Made by a program: the position numbers and the translations under genes | DNA from: Lingula anatina | Taxonomy: Eukaryota > Animalia > Brachiopoda | Assembly: GCA_051362555.1 (NCBI GenBank) | Contig: CM120641.1 | Span: 27,968,401-28,032,400, forward strand | DNA: 64,000 bases | Reading direction: 5' to 3' | In this document: positions 39,272 through 52,563 of the stretch, piece after piece | Layout of the letters: each line of letters opens with the position of its first letter | Numbering within the stretch: position 1 is the first letter of the stretch | Notes under the pieces: generated by a model | Seen by the model: only the letters and a program-made list of their open reading frames with translations | The model's database searches: none | What the model was told of the DNA's origin: nothing

Positions 39272-41128
39272 TTTGCCGAGATTTGTCAATACGAAGAAAT
39301 AATCCTCTCCCTAATCTTCACCATCCATGTTTTTCCTTGTGCCCCCACTGCAGGCGGTCTCACGTTACTCACAGTGTTCTCCCGGCTACATTACAATCTA
39401 CCTGGTGCGTTATACCTGGCATTCTCCACATATTCAAACAAATGGAACAAACCCAGCCGTGTTTGGTATTGAGAAAAAGTATACATTGTAATAATACCCG
39501 GTTGTGTACAATCGCAAGTGAAAGCCAATGAGTTCAGAATGCCAAGTAAATAAGATTTTGATTGGTCAATTACTGGGGTCGATGGGGAAGACTCCTCTAA
39601 GTAATTCCTTGCACAACTACGAATTCAATACTTCACATGATGACCAACTTGTCAGAGCCTCCCGAGTCGTCAATAATTCACTTGGGTCTGTAAATCATTA
39701 ATCGCTAGACACAACAACTAATAGAAAATTGCTTCAGACCCATCATCAGGAACTTAATATCCAAGATTGCATGATAGCAAGATACCATATCAAAAGATGT
39801 CTTAATACATTATCTGTTCACTTTCCGACAATTTTTTCCTCTTTCAGGGTGAAGTCAAATCTCCATTACTGATGAAAATCACAAAACAAATGTATATTTT
39901 TTACTAGTACATGTATTTCAACTGATATTTTTTACCTGATCTTATCAACATGTTATTTGTGACCACATGCATGAAAAAGATGAAAGATATATACTTTCTT
40001 CCTTCTTTACAAAAAGATAATCTGTATCTTGTTTAACATATAAGTAATGTTCAGACAAAACTTACAGCATGAAAAAAAGACTTGGTCATTATCAACACTG
40101 GTGCATAATATTTACCAACAACTCAAGTCAACCACAGGTAATTTCAACAGGAAGACAATTTAAATATAAATATATCAAAGTACTTCCTTGCAGCTCAGAC
40201 GAAAAATAAATGTATATGGTCAAGCTTGCAGTAATTACTATAATATATATTATCTTGTCTCAACCTAATGGCTAATGTTCAATAAACATCAGGTAACAGG
40301 GATCATTCCAAACTTATCCAACTATCTGTGCATATTTAATTATCTTGTTAAATACACAGGAATACTGTAAACCGATTACTGAACAGATAAATCCTATCTA
40401 TCTGAATCAACCTCGCATCCAGTTTTGAAGTGCCTATTCTGATAATTGTTTCTGAACAGGGGTCGAAATGTTGCTTTCCCGCTTTCCCGAGGGAAAGCTA
40501 TTGCGAGCTCGGGAAAGCTATGTCAAGTCTTACTTTCCCGTCCGGTAAATCATTGAAAAGGTCCGGGAAATGCAAAAACCTCTCGGGAAATCACTATTAG
40601 AGGTCGCTTTCCCGACCTATAATAAAACTCATTTCCTGGCACTAAGTTGTACTAATACATTTATTTAACCATTTTCTACAACGCAAAGAAGCTTTACGGT
40701 AGTACTGCACATACTCTGAAACTAAGGACGCACTCACGTGACTAGCTTGAATTTATAACGGGGCCTCCTTTTGAATTTCATGAGAGTTGTCAATCAAAAT
40801 CGTTCACTTACAGTAGTATCCCACAATGCCGCTTTGTGGATGTCTGCTAGAATATCTGACTCGTTCCCTTTCCAATTTACACAATGTTTGACATAGAAAG
40901 AAACAAGCCTGCGCAGTTAGCGGGTATAAAATAGACAGGTACAAACATACGAAGCTTGTGAGAACAAAATAATGTGCGGGAACAACGCTAGACGCAGCGC
41001 CCAATCATACACAACGGCACGCACCATGCAGCGTAGTACGGGGAACTAGTATCATTCATCTCTCCAATGCACGATCAGCTGAAGCAAGGTTGCGCGCTAA
41101 AGACGGGCTCACGTTTGGTGTTCTGAAA

Positions 41129-41264
41129 ATGTCTCTCTTTAAGTTTGGTTTCTCCAAGCGAAAAAGCAAAGATGAAAGCATGGAAGAAACGAGAAAACTC
41201 GCTAAACAAGAACTTGAGGACACAAGAACTGAGGGTGAAGCGGGCGCACATGGCCACGATGCAG
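41129..41264 (+). CDS. hAT transposase exon 1
   Basis: aaaATG: MSLFKFGFSKRKSKDE...GHDA+G|gtacgt; 136 nt, phase 1. Confidence 0.75.
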
Positions 41265-41929
41265 GTACGTCGTGAACAATGCCTAACAAGTTTCGTATCT
41301 AATGAACTATACATGACGTTATTACTTTCCTGTTACGTGGTAAACATAAAAATTGCCCTACCTAATTCTCTTTGTTGGTGACATGATGTATTGAAAAACA
41401 AATCGGCCATTTCACAGACTGAATTTTTTTCTTATCCTCCAATTTTCGGTTTTTCTGAAGAGCCTCTATTTAGACTAAATTAGTCTGTTTGTGAAGTGAT
41501 TGGTTTGTTTTTCAATGAACTCCTATCTGACCGACAAACGTTTTATAGATATCATGGGTTATTCTAGCCTTAAAATTAAGGACCTGAGATCTTTATTCCC
41601 TTTACATCTGAAAAAGGGGTGTTTTTAACATTGAAATTCCACTGCACTTCTTCAACTTCTCCTTTTCTAATTTGTATAAAATTGCCCAACTAGTAAGTAA
41701 TGTCCCAAGTTTTGAATGAAATTAATCACTGTGCACACTTAAAATAGGTCCAATTATTTTATTGGCTTGACCATGGTTTCATGATAATTGATATGTCCAG
41801 AGTCTCCCTTATTTTTATTGTTTTATGATTAAATATTCACATTACTGTTCTCGTCAACACTTTCCAGTAATTTTTCTGTATCTGTATATAATTACAATAA
41901 AATCACAATCAACCATTAATACTTTTTAG

Positions 41930-42007
41930 CTGCCAAAGAAGATGAACCAATGGAAAATTTAGACAGTGACAGTTTTACTGAATCTGATGAAGTTCAGGAG
42001 CAAAATG
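41930..42007 (+). CDS. hAT transposase exon 2 (acidic)
   Basis: tttttag|(A)AKEDEPMENLDSDSFTESDEVQEQN+G|gtaaaa; 78 nt, phase 1-1. Confidence 0.72.
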
Positions 42008-42117
42008 GTAAAAAATTAAAAAAATTTTTAAAGCTTAAAAAAAAAGAAAGAATTTGAAACAGACAACTTGTATTGTGAGAGATCATATAAATATATATAT
42101 ATATGTATGTATGTCAA

Positions 42118-42421
42118 AGGCCCAGACCAAATCTAGTCCCATGCATAAAAAGCCCAGACCCCATGTTTATTACGCCCTGGCTGGGCCCATTCTTTATGGT
42201 GTCTTTGCATTAATTACTGGATAATGGGCAAGTTAATTGACCAAGTTAATTGGCCAAGCTGCCAGTTTGTTTGTATGGCATGTGCAAGGGATGTCTTAGA
42301 TCAAGGCACATATTATGATACTTACAGGTGTGGCAAATGAGAGACACTTGTATTTCATTACCTGTGATTTGTAAAATACATCTGAGCTTTTTATGCATAG
42401 GACTAGATTTGATCAGGGCCT
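42118..42421. mobile_element. Kolobok-like MITE nested in transposase intron 2
   Basis: 41-bp TIRs with 37/41 identity (AGGCCCAGACCAAATCTAGTCCCATGCATAAAAAGCCCAGA); flanks TCAA / TTAA (degenerate TTAA TSD). Confidence 0.75.
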
Positions 42422-42570
42422 TTAACATATACACGCACATGCACACAAACAACTATTTATAGACAGAAACACTCTCTCTCTCACACACACACACTGCCTG
42501 ATAAATGTAGTAATTTAGGTGTTTTATTCTCCATTTAAAAGAATACATTATTCAATTTTTGTTCTTACAG

Positions 42571-44777
42571 TACAACCTTCGTCATCATTCAGCAATCAAC
42601 AAAGGCGAGGAAGGCCAAGTAAAGGTAAACTTTCTGTAAAGGAAGTTAGATACGAGAAAGAAAAACGCTCCAGAACATTTCAAGAATCTTGGAAAATCGG
42701 CAGACCCTGGCTTATGAATGATGATGACAAAATATGGTGCTCGTACTGTGTTTCAAACCACAAGAAGATAGGTAAATTGGGTCCACACAGCATAGCATTT
42801 ATTGAGGGGTGCAGGACTTTCAAACTGCCAGTCATCTTGGGTCATCAGGAAAGTGATCTCCATAAACGTTGTACAGCAGCAGCTTTATCTCAAATGACTC
42901 CACCAGAAAGAAAACCTTTACAAAAAAGTTTTATGAAGATAGAAGAATCTGAAACAGAGTTGATGCATGCAAAATTTATTACTGCATTCAAAGTAGCTAT
43001 TTGTAACCAACCTTACACCTCCTTCTCTGGGGAATTAGAACTTTTGGAGAGAGTTGGTGCATCAAAAAATCTGACCACACGTTTCTCATCAGATAAATCA
43101 TGTGCTGAGTTCATCAAGTATATTGCAAAGGATATAAGAGACAATCTTGCCACAAATATTAGAAAAGGTTTCTTTTTTTCAATACTGTGTGATGGGTGTA
43201 CTGACAGTGCTTCCCTAGAGGAAGAAATTGTCTATGTTCGATATCTTACTGATGAAAACCAACCAAGAACTGTGTTTCTTTGTATCTCCAGTGTAGAGAA
43301 ACCAGATGCTGAACATATTTTTGACCATTTGTGTGACAGTATCAAGAACTATGTAGGTGTAGATGATTTGAAAGGCCTTATAGCATTTGTGGCTGATGGG
43401 GCAAGTGTAAATTTTGGAGTTAGAAATGGTGTGTACCGCAGATTTTGTGAATTGATGCCCGAGACAGTTGGCATACACTGCCTGGCCCATAGGTTTGAGT
43501 TGGCTATCAGAGATGGAGGGAAGAAAAGTTCTGTTGTGCAAGAGTTTTCCGACTTGTGTCAGCTTATCTACAAGCTCTACAAATCATCATCTGTGCAGAA
43601 GGAAGCTCTGAAAACTACCTGCAGCACACACAACATTGCTTTCAACAGTCCAGAGAATGTAATGGGAACAAGGTGGATATCCCACAGATCAAGAGCTGTA
43701 ACTGTCTTGAAAAAGTTATGGAAGCCACTGGTTGTGCACACTACCCAGATAGTGGAAGGTATTGGGAGTAAAAGAGCTGAGATATTGGGAAAAGCCAAAA
43801 AGATAAACAATACCTTGACAAACTTGAAGATTGTGATTGCCCTTCCTGTTGTGCAGGAGATACTTGAAATCCTTCAGTCAATCAGCTTGGCCTTGCAGGA
43901 ATCCTCATACATAATGTCCTGTGCTCAAAGCAGAATTAAGGCAACACTCAGATTGCTGAAAAGGTTCAACATAGAGGAAAAGGTTGAGGAATCAGCCAAA
44001 ACTATAGACCTTGAAGAATTTGAATTCAAAGGTGAAACTGTACGACTTGGTAGAGGAGAAAATATTGAGAAATGTAAGGGTGCCATTGTGAATGATTTAA
44101 CCCAGTTTTTGAAGGACAGCATAAGTACAATTGAAGAGCGGTTTGGAGATGTATTGAGGGACCAGGATTCTGTGTGTGAGAATGTACAAGTGTTTAATGT
44201 TAGTAAATGGCCATCCAAAAATAGTGTCAAATTTGAGGAGTATGGAGATGAAAAAATTGAAAAGCTTTCGGAACATTTTAGGAGGACACTAGACAATGCA
44301 GGATTTAAAACAAGCATGTGCCAGGTTGAATGGCCGCAGTTCAAAAAATCTGTGCTAGAGCTCCACGAAAAGGGCCAGGATACAGTTTCTTTTCTTACTA
44401 GAATGTTGACTGTGCACAAAGACATATACCCCAATATTTGTGCCCTCTTGGCCATTGTAATGGTGTTGCCAGTCAGCACTGCAGATGCAGAAAGGGGCTT
44501 TTCTCTAATGAAACGGATAAAAACTGATTGGAGAGCTTCACTTACACCATCTTCTTTGTCAAATCTCATGACAGTTAAGTTAAGTAAAGTAAAATTGGAC
44601 AAGTTTGTACCAGATTCTGCCTATGGAAAGTGGTTAGCAGATGGCAGGAGAGTCCTGGACCCAAAGAAATATGCCAGAAAGATTGTTCAAGTACCACAGA
44701 AAGCTCTGATAAGTTCAGATATTAGTGACAGTGAGACTGACCAAGATACCGAGTCTGATGGTGATGATGATGATTAG
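42571..44777 (+). CDS. hAT transposase exon 3 (TTF-type Zn finger, DDE RNase-H core, C-terminal dimerisation domain; ZNF862-like); spliced protein 806 aa
   Basis: cttacag| in frame with ORF 42519-44777; WCSYC...H...H finger, FSILCDGCTD, FVADGASVN, HCLAHR, TRW, STADAERGFS; no stops or frameshifts; AATAAA at 44989. Confidence 0.93.
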
Positions 44778-47700
44778 GTACAGTAGACCCTTCATTAAGC
44801 ATGTTACGTTTTTTCAAGACGCGTGGAGTAGTAGACAAGTTCTTGATCTGTCACAGGTTTTTTTTTTCGTGAGTATGTGTATTTGGTAGATTTCAGTCAC
44901 ATTATTATTAATGTTTAAAAATATACCCAGTTATTGCCACAAACACTATATATATATATATGGACGTCATGTTCGTTTATTTCATATCAATAAACATACA
45001 TTTCTCTAAAATATGTTCTTTCCTTGATATATCATCATCATATGAAAAATTATGTAATTTAATATCAGGGAAATTGGTTTTCATGATTTGGTTGTCAGGG
45101 AAAGCTACTTTCTTGCAGGGAAAGTAATATACAAAGTGACTTTCCCGGCAGGGAAAGTATGATTTTCTAAACATTTTGACCCCTGCTGAACTATGTGGAA
45201 ACAATGACATTTGGTACAATTCTTGACAATATGTTTTGATATCATTTTTTAATATAGTAAAAATGAGAATCTATTTGAACAGGTGTTCAGCATGATAGTC
45301 AACTCCTAAAGAAAGTTCGAATTTTTAGAATTTTTTTTCTTTAATGCAACTTTTAAACAAACTGTTTTTTATGTCAATTTAAAAATGCGTTTTTTTTTCC
45401 CTTTTTTATATTTCAGTCAAATAAAAACTAAACGAAAAAATATATATTTTCGATTTGTTATGTGCATGTATCTATCTCTAAATCTCACCTTTTATGTGAT
45501 AAGGGCAGCATGTGTCAGCCAAGGTATAATACTTTCCATATTTACAAAAAATGATGCTCATCTTTAAAACAACTTTTTAGAGCATCAAGTATCCACTTCT
45601 CTGGTCATTAAAAGTCCAGCTTTGCGCTCAAATCATGTAATATCATAAGGCTTGTCAATATAAACAGACATTGTAATCGTGGCTAAACCCATCACCCACT
45701 TTCCAATCAAAAGAATTTCGACATTTCCTTAAACCAGTTCATGAATCCTGTGCTTTAAAAAGTTTGTTAATGTCAAATTTGGTTTTGAGTTTATTGGATT
45801 TATGTCAAACGTGTCAGACGAGTGTGACTGCACATTTAAATCTTTATTAAAATTTGATCATGTCTGACACGAAAGTTCATGGAAGTCAAACCTCCTAACA
45901 ACTGCAGTATAATTCAAATCAAATATCTCACAGGGGGGTTAATCAGGATTGAATATAGCCTTATCCCACACCATACAAGTCTCAACACACTCTGAAAATC
46001 CTGCACCTAAAAAAAATAGATCGCATTTTGTGGTTTTGCCAAAATGATGAAAGGCTGGTGTTTCTACTTTCTGCAGAAGATAAGAACATGGCAAAGCCTG
46101 CGTCTCAGCAAAAGAATGCCTTGGACCAATCAACTCTTATTTATTCATTAATCACGCTACTCAAGTTCTTATCAGGATTACTATGAAATAAATCAACAAA
46201 TGCTTGATTCAATTGGAATAACGTAGGTAAATAGTTGTAGTTTAACCCTAAAGGTGGCAGCACCTCCCAGTTTGTATCCCAAGGGAAGCTACGCAGGTCT
46301 GGTGATGCTTTAAATAAATCTTAGTAATGAGCAATGAAATATTATCTTTAGGGAAAACAAATGGATGACTTCCTCTGGCCATGCCCAATTTGAATCAATT
46401 AAAGAAAAGCTGTATATTTCTGAGAGAGATATATTTTATTAATGTTAATAAACAATATGACTTTTTTTTTCAAGTATATCTTAAAATAAAAATTCAATTT
46501 TGGCAAAATCAAAGAATAAGTCATAGGATACTGATAAGAGAAAAGATATCTTAACAGAAGAACAAAATGCCACACTGTTATGCAAAAAATCATGAGAGAG
46601 ATGTTCATGGGCTAGGTAAAAAAAATGTAATAAAAAACAAAGTTTATCAATTAATGGCAGAAAATGACAGAAATCAAATTCACCTGTTTTTTTTTCAGAC
46701 CAGTATACCTGTTGTTTTCCCCATTAATCCAACCATTAAAAGAAAAGAGGATTATCTTAATGACATTGGAATTTAGTTTTTAGAGACATGCAAACTAAAT
46801 CCAAATGAATTTAAATTTACTAAATCCTCAGAAACAATTAGCTAAGTCTTTACTTTGCTGTAAACTGCACCTTATCTTGAAGTGGCTAAAAACAACCCCT
46901 AAAATAAATAAAACTTCATCCAGTAACTGTCTAAGATATCTACTGCTTCCCATTCAACCCCAAAAAAAACTGCCAGGAAATAAAATATAAATATTGAAGT
47001 TTGATATGGCCCGGGGCTCGCAAACCTGTCCAGGTGAAAAAGGTAGCGGTACAATAGCGAAAGTACCACCATTATTTCATTTATCGCAACTTCTTCCCAA
47101 ATCTCGCCAACTCACAAGCTTAAATTTATTTGCTCCTGATCACTGGACAATGGTATCAAATTAGCCTAATATTGACATGGTCATCAAACTCAACTTTTTA
47201 ACGTGATCTGATAACCAGATATAAGGGAGCAAAGTGGCTGTATTTTACCTCTTTGACAACCTTGTGTTGATAGTAACTATAGAGCCTAAGTGCACAAGGT
47301 AGCCAAACTTCAGAGTCAAACTTCCAGACAAGCATATGGGGTAATTGGGTTTCATACCAGAAAGTGTAAACTTCTGCGAGATTGCGATCCGTTACGAGAG
47401 ATAAGGGTTCCTCACAGTTTAAAAATCAAAAGAAAATATTAATGAAATCTGACGCCTGACTACAATTTAAGCACTACTGGATTGTTGTCATTGGGCATAG
47501 TAAATGAGACCTGAATGAACAAAAACTGTTTCTCATATCACAACTATTGTAAAAACAGAAGAAACCTACTCTCTTATTTCTCGTTTATTTTTTACTGTAA
47601 AATTCAGCAAAACAAAATGAGCTATCCATTTATAATCGTTTAAAACATGAATACCTGTCTTCTCATCAATTAGAATACCTTTATATTATATATAAAGTTA

Positions 47701-49487
47701 ACAACCAAGTGCTCTTATTAAGGGACTCCATATACAGTATAACACACTTGATGTCATTTCCCAATGTTGCCCATTTCCTGAAGTATAATATTCATAAAAG
47801 GGTAAAAGCAAGATTAAAAAAATTAATATTTTTTTTGGCACCAATAATTTTATTTCTTTCACATCAAGCTATCACAACATAACTCTGTCATGAACAAGAA
47901 ATGAGAAACTTGTTCTTAAATGTCAATGTTTCTTGTCTTAACTGCCTATTGAGCATGAAAAACAAATCTACACTATTTTTCAAATTGACTAAGTGACAGA
48001 TTTTCACCATACTTTTGGAAAATAAAACAAACCAAAGTTCCCCGTCATTTACAACATTTATTTAACCTGCCTTATGAAACCTGTTGTTCTGTACAAGGTA
48101 GCCAAGGATATGATAGCTGTCAAAACATTTCTTCCCATCATATGTCAAACAGACAGAGCATATATTTGCTCAATCTACTTTTTCCTGCTCGACTTCCTAT
48201 GCAGATCCAGCTGTCATCCCTAATTTAATTCATATAAAAACTAAATATATTTTTGTTTGACCCCGAATTGCAAAAAATAAATAAATAAATAAGTAAATAA
48301 ATAAAATAAAACACTTAAATATATTTAACTGCATATCTTAATTCAATTGTTTGTCATTTCCAATAAATTCACTTTAAAATTTATCATTCTATTAAGCTTT
48401 TAATTTCATTTTTAAAAGGTTAAAATTTGACTTCACATCTGCTCACACATGCTAACATTTCACACAGGTCAACCACAATATGATTATTATCATAGAAATA
48501 TAACCCTGGCCCCATCCTATGTGAGAGCACCACCCTTAACCCTTCACTATGGCTGATCAAGTGTGTACATGTAGATCATATCATGGTTTTACAGCCCACT
48601 GCTTTATTTCAGTCCCACTTGACCCTTTCTTCACAGCAACTGATAGACTGCACAAGGGAAGAAGCACTAGAGGATTTGTTCTATAGTGCACCTACTGGTA
48701 GCTAGCCCACCCTGATGATCACAGAGAGTATAGTGATCACAATAACAGAGTGCAGCAGGGATGATGTACTATAGGTTACTGTTATCTACAGGGTACAGTG
48801 CAGCATGCACCCTGAGAAAGCCCACCTTGATAATATAAGAGATATTACATGGACCTTAATTTTAACTTGCACTGACATTTAATATTGTGTTCATAACAAA
48901 TGGAATTTTTCATTTTTTTTTAATTCTTTTTTATCATTATGACCTTAGGCTTTTTTTACATGTAACACGATAACTAGTTCACCCATAATTTTGTTTGGAA
49001 AGACCAGTCTAAATTGTATCACTCAATCACTCTGACAAACAGGGTCCTCAACTCCCTATCCAACATGGCCCCATCAAAATAAATTTAGTGTAATTTCACT
49101 CTTCTTTCAGGTTGACAGGAAAAGTCAATAACAAAATACATGATTCTGCATTTCATATCCTCATAATTGTCACTGTGTGGGGCTTTCAATAATAATAATT
49201 AATTCCCCGGTATCAGATGGTGGACAAGTTGTGGATTCATTGTTAGTCTGAAATCTAATTACCGTTTTCTATTTATTCCCAGACAGACAACTGTTACAGT
49301 CAATATTTTCCAGCCAGCATGGACATATTATTGAATAACGAGTCTACTGGCTGGCTCATCTGCTGTTCACTAAAGCCTGCTTAATAATGAACGACTAGAG
49401 ATCTCTACAAAAACATTACATATCAAGTGCCTTAAGCCTTGGCTGTAATTGATGAACTCATGACAGTTAATAAACCACACACACCAT

Positions 49488-49525
<38 letters not shown>

Positions 49526-49605
49526 AAGAGACAGAGATAACAAAATGGGCAACTTCTTCACTGTGAAATGCCATATGTATTGAAAACACACAGAAGCTAG
49601 CTCAC

Positions 49606-49870
49606 CTGCCAGATGCTGTATAGTAGCCTGTATATTGGACAGCCCTCCATGATGCCCTGTGGGTCCCGGGCTACTGCCTCTGGAGCCACCCAGGAAGGGC
49701 ACTGGGCTGGTCCCCCTGGGGTGGAGTGAGCTGTAAGACCCTGCTGGGCTGAGGGACCCCAATCTGCTAGGGCTGACCCCCCTGGGGGTACTCCTGCCAG
49801 ACCCTGAGGGTAGTGAGGTCATGGACCCAGCAGGACTCACTGTGCCGTAGCGATGTGGTGTCCGTGACAT
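49606..49870 (-). CDS. SYNE1: Nesprin alternative first coding exon C (88 aa, Ser/Pro/Gly-rich)
   Basis: MSRTPHRY...GLSNIQATIQHLA+G|gtgagc; 265 nt = 88 codons + 1; IQATIQHLA-DEQE parallels vertebrate nesprin-1 IANVMQRLQ-DEQE. Confidence 0.8.
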
Positions 49871-52511
49871 GATATAGATGGCTGTAGTAGTTGTAGTAGC
49901 AGTAAGAGATTATTCAGCCATCAAAAATTATAATATCCCAGCTGTGAATCTTGAACTTGAGTTCCCCTGTTTAATAAAGATTTAACATCTGCAGACAGAG
50001 GTGTGATCTGGAACACATAAGCTGTACCTTGTGAATATATATCAAACCCTTGAATAAAGCAGCACCATCTCTTCAACAGGCATACTTATCCCATTTGACC
50101 ACAGAAAAATATACTCCTGTGTGGCTTAACTGCATCAACGGCTTATACACTAGATCCAGTGGAAATTAATGAAATCCATATACTTTCCTTAGTGTAAGTA
50201 TTTTTCAGGAATTGTAGGCGAGCCCCTCTTAACAAGCTGCAAGGATATTCTGTAATCTACCTGGTCTGTCAGCTTGGCTTGAATGGAACTGCAACAGTTA
50301 TATTTTCCCGCTGACTGGATGTTGGTGCAAGTTATTGTGACCTATTCAAGGGAGATTAATTTCAATAAACTCCACCTTTGTCGGACGTGGCCCTCTATCC
50401 ATTCTTCTGGCATGCTCTCGGATTCTCTACAATAAGCAATATTTGATTAAAATGTTGACAGAGTAAATACACTTCTCTCAGAACGGCAAACAGATTTTCC
50501 CGCTAAAATACATCACATATCCTAACACAGGCTCTAACATCAGATCCCAGTTAGAGCTTTGATTTAATTATAAATCAGCGGCATCAACACACCTGTCCTG
50601 TTTAATGTACTCCTAATCCACAGGCCAGGAACAGGTATAGCAATTAAGACGCCTCAATGCCAGTGTACACTCATTTTCACTTAAGCATAAACAAGCAAAA
50701 ACTAAGAGCAGATAAAGACACAGGTGAGACTTTATGGATTAGACCTCACCTATGAAATTGAACTTTGATCCAAATCACAATGTAAGTGAATTTATATCTT
50801 TTGATTTATAAGATTAAAACTACAGTAATGATAAACTGAAAAGACCAGTAATACTACAGGTACATTATAATTTACTCTCCAAACAGAAAAACTTGTTCCA
50901 AGGGATTAAATGGGTAAATTAATCTGCCAATATTATGGTCAATCCACTCGAAATGTTTTACCAGTACAAATTCATGCAGCGAATTAGCTTTTGTTTTGAG
51001 CGTGTTCAAAACCGAATTGCGTAATGACCCGAATTAAGGTCCTTATCCTAATTTTAAACATTAAAAGTTCTGAATTTGGAACACTTACCAATGATTCTGC
51101 AGATTATTACTATCAAATATGCAATGGATTTATGTCAGAAATGAAAATTACATGGACAGACTTTCTCAGTCACCTTATGAGTTATAATGATTTTGTGCCA
51201 AACCAAAGCGGGGGCTTAGGATTAAATTATTTTGATCAAGCATAACCTATTAAAACAATAAAATTAAAACAATATTCTTAAAAGGCACTTTACATCACTG
51301 AATGATAATTTCAATCATTTCAACATTATCAGCTGACTGAAAATTGTCCATTGGACAAAATCTTCTGGTGTGACCCAAATAAGCCCAAAAGTGGCAGAGC
51401 CAAAAGATAGCAAGCAACATTTTGATGTTGTCTCTTTCAATAGTGTAGCCCACAGCTGTACACTTCATGCTCAAATTTCCTTGTATCAGCAATTTTCTTG
51501 TGTGCAAACTCATTTACAAATGACTTAAAAGTCAGTCTAACAAACCAATGTTTACCAGAAGAAAACAGTGCTCACAAAGAAGAGGCAGACATTCATCACT
51601 AAAAAAGTCTATGCCTTTTCTATGTTGAATTCTAGTCAATACAAGGGATGCCCAAGGTTATTAAACTAATCTTTTGCCGGAAATCAATTACCTGGGCCAT
51701 AGCTAGTTTCAGCTTTAGGGTATCTAAGACATCGGTTTCATTGACAAAATCATGTATTTATAAAATTATCAAACTGCTTATAAGTATTAACAGTGAATAT
51801 TAACTCACTGGAGGAGATAAAAGATAAATTTGGAAGCACATGCGGAATGTTCAGCAAGCTAGCTAGGACTTTTTCAAGATTTCAAATGAAAAAAAAAAAC
51901 ATTTTTTCTTGGTATGTTTTGGTTCACAAAATCTGCAAATTACATGTACTGGTAAGTTGTGTACACTGTAACTAAAACTGCATGAAACTGATATCAGATT
52001 TATTTCTGGGCCGCTGAAAGTACAAACAGAAAAGCAAACATCCTACACCATTGCTAAAACTTTATCTAAACAGAAAAAAAACTGACAGCATAATGACTTA
52101 ACTTGTTCATGCATTTATATAAACATTCCCCTAGTATTGCAGGTGTAGTTTTAACTTTAAGGAGAGAGGAGGACACAAATTATATTCTAATTCCGATTTT
52201 TGTACCTTTTTTCGCAAAATCATGGAAATATGATAAATATCGCGTTTTGATTTGGTAGTTGAGATCGAGGTGCTCGGTAAAGGTATTTACCAAAATTTTG
52301 TTTGATATAATAAATATTCGTTATAATCAATAAAAAGGACGAACATCTTTTGAAGCCTTCAGTCTTTTTCAGGTTACGCCGAATTGAAACACCGTGCCAC
52401 TGCCATTTGGCTGCGCAAGTTGCGGACAAGAGAAACAGCTGCAATGGATAGACCACAAGAGTGTTGAGCATTGATGAGCAAAGCAGAAATATTCAATAGA
52501 CAGTCACTTAC

Positions 52512-52563
52512 TGTACATCATGGTCGCCTTCTTGGTGTAATTGTAGCTTACAATGTGCGGCAT
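52512..52563 (-). CDS. SYNE1: Nesprin alternative first coding exon B (17 aa)
   Basis: accATG: MPHIVSYNYTKKATMMY+A|gtaagt; 52 nt = 17 codons + 1; lies in a CpG-enriched region. Confidence 0.6.

Larger units (their letters stand above)
40457..45185 (+). mobile_element. Full-length hAT DNA transposon (4729 bp), antisense within the nesprin gene
   Basis: TIRs CAGGGGTCGAAATGTT / AACATTTTGACCCCTG (15/16); CTGAA duplicated at 40452-40456 and 45186-45190; subterminal GGGAAA/TTTCCC arrays; intact transposase gene. Confidence 0.93.

Noticed and set aside
43925-44602. 225-aa minus-strand ORF (and similar antisense ORFs over TBCC and exon F)
   Set aside because: Antisense shadows of real coding sequence with no recognisable motifs.
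42519-44777. Host gene ZNF862 as the identity of the 752-aa ORF
   Set aside because: It is enclosed by TIRs, a TSD and subterminal repeats, has intact catalytic residues and no KRAB domain, so it is a transposon rather than a domesticated gene.
47005-47460. CpG-richer patch that might be a TE fragment or a promoter
   Set aside because: I could not find termini, a TSD, an ORF or a usable phase-1 donor by eye.
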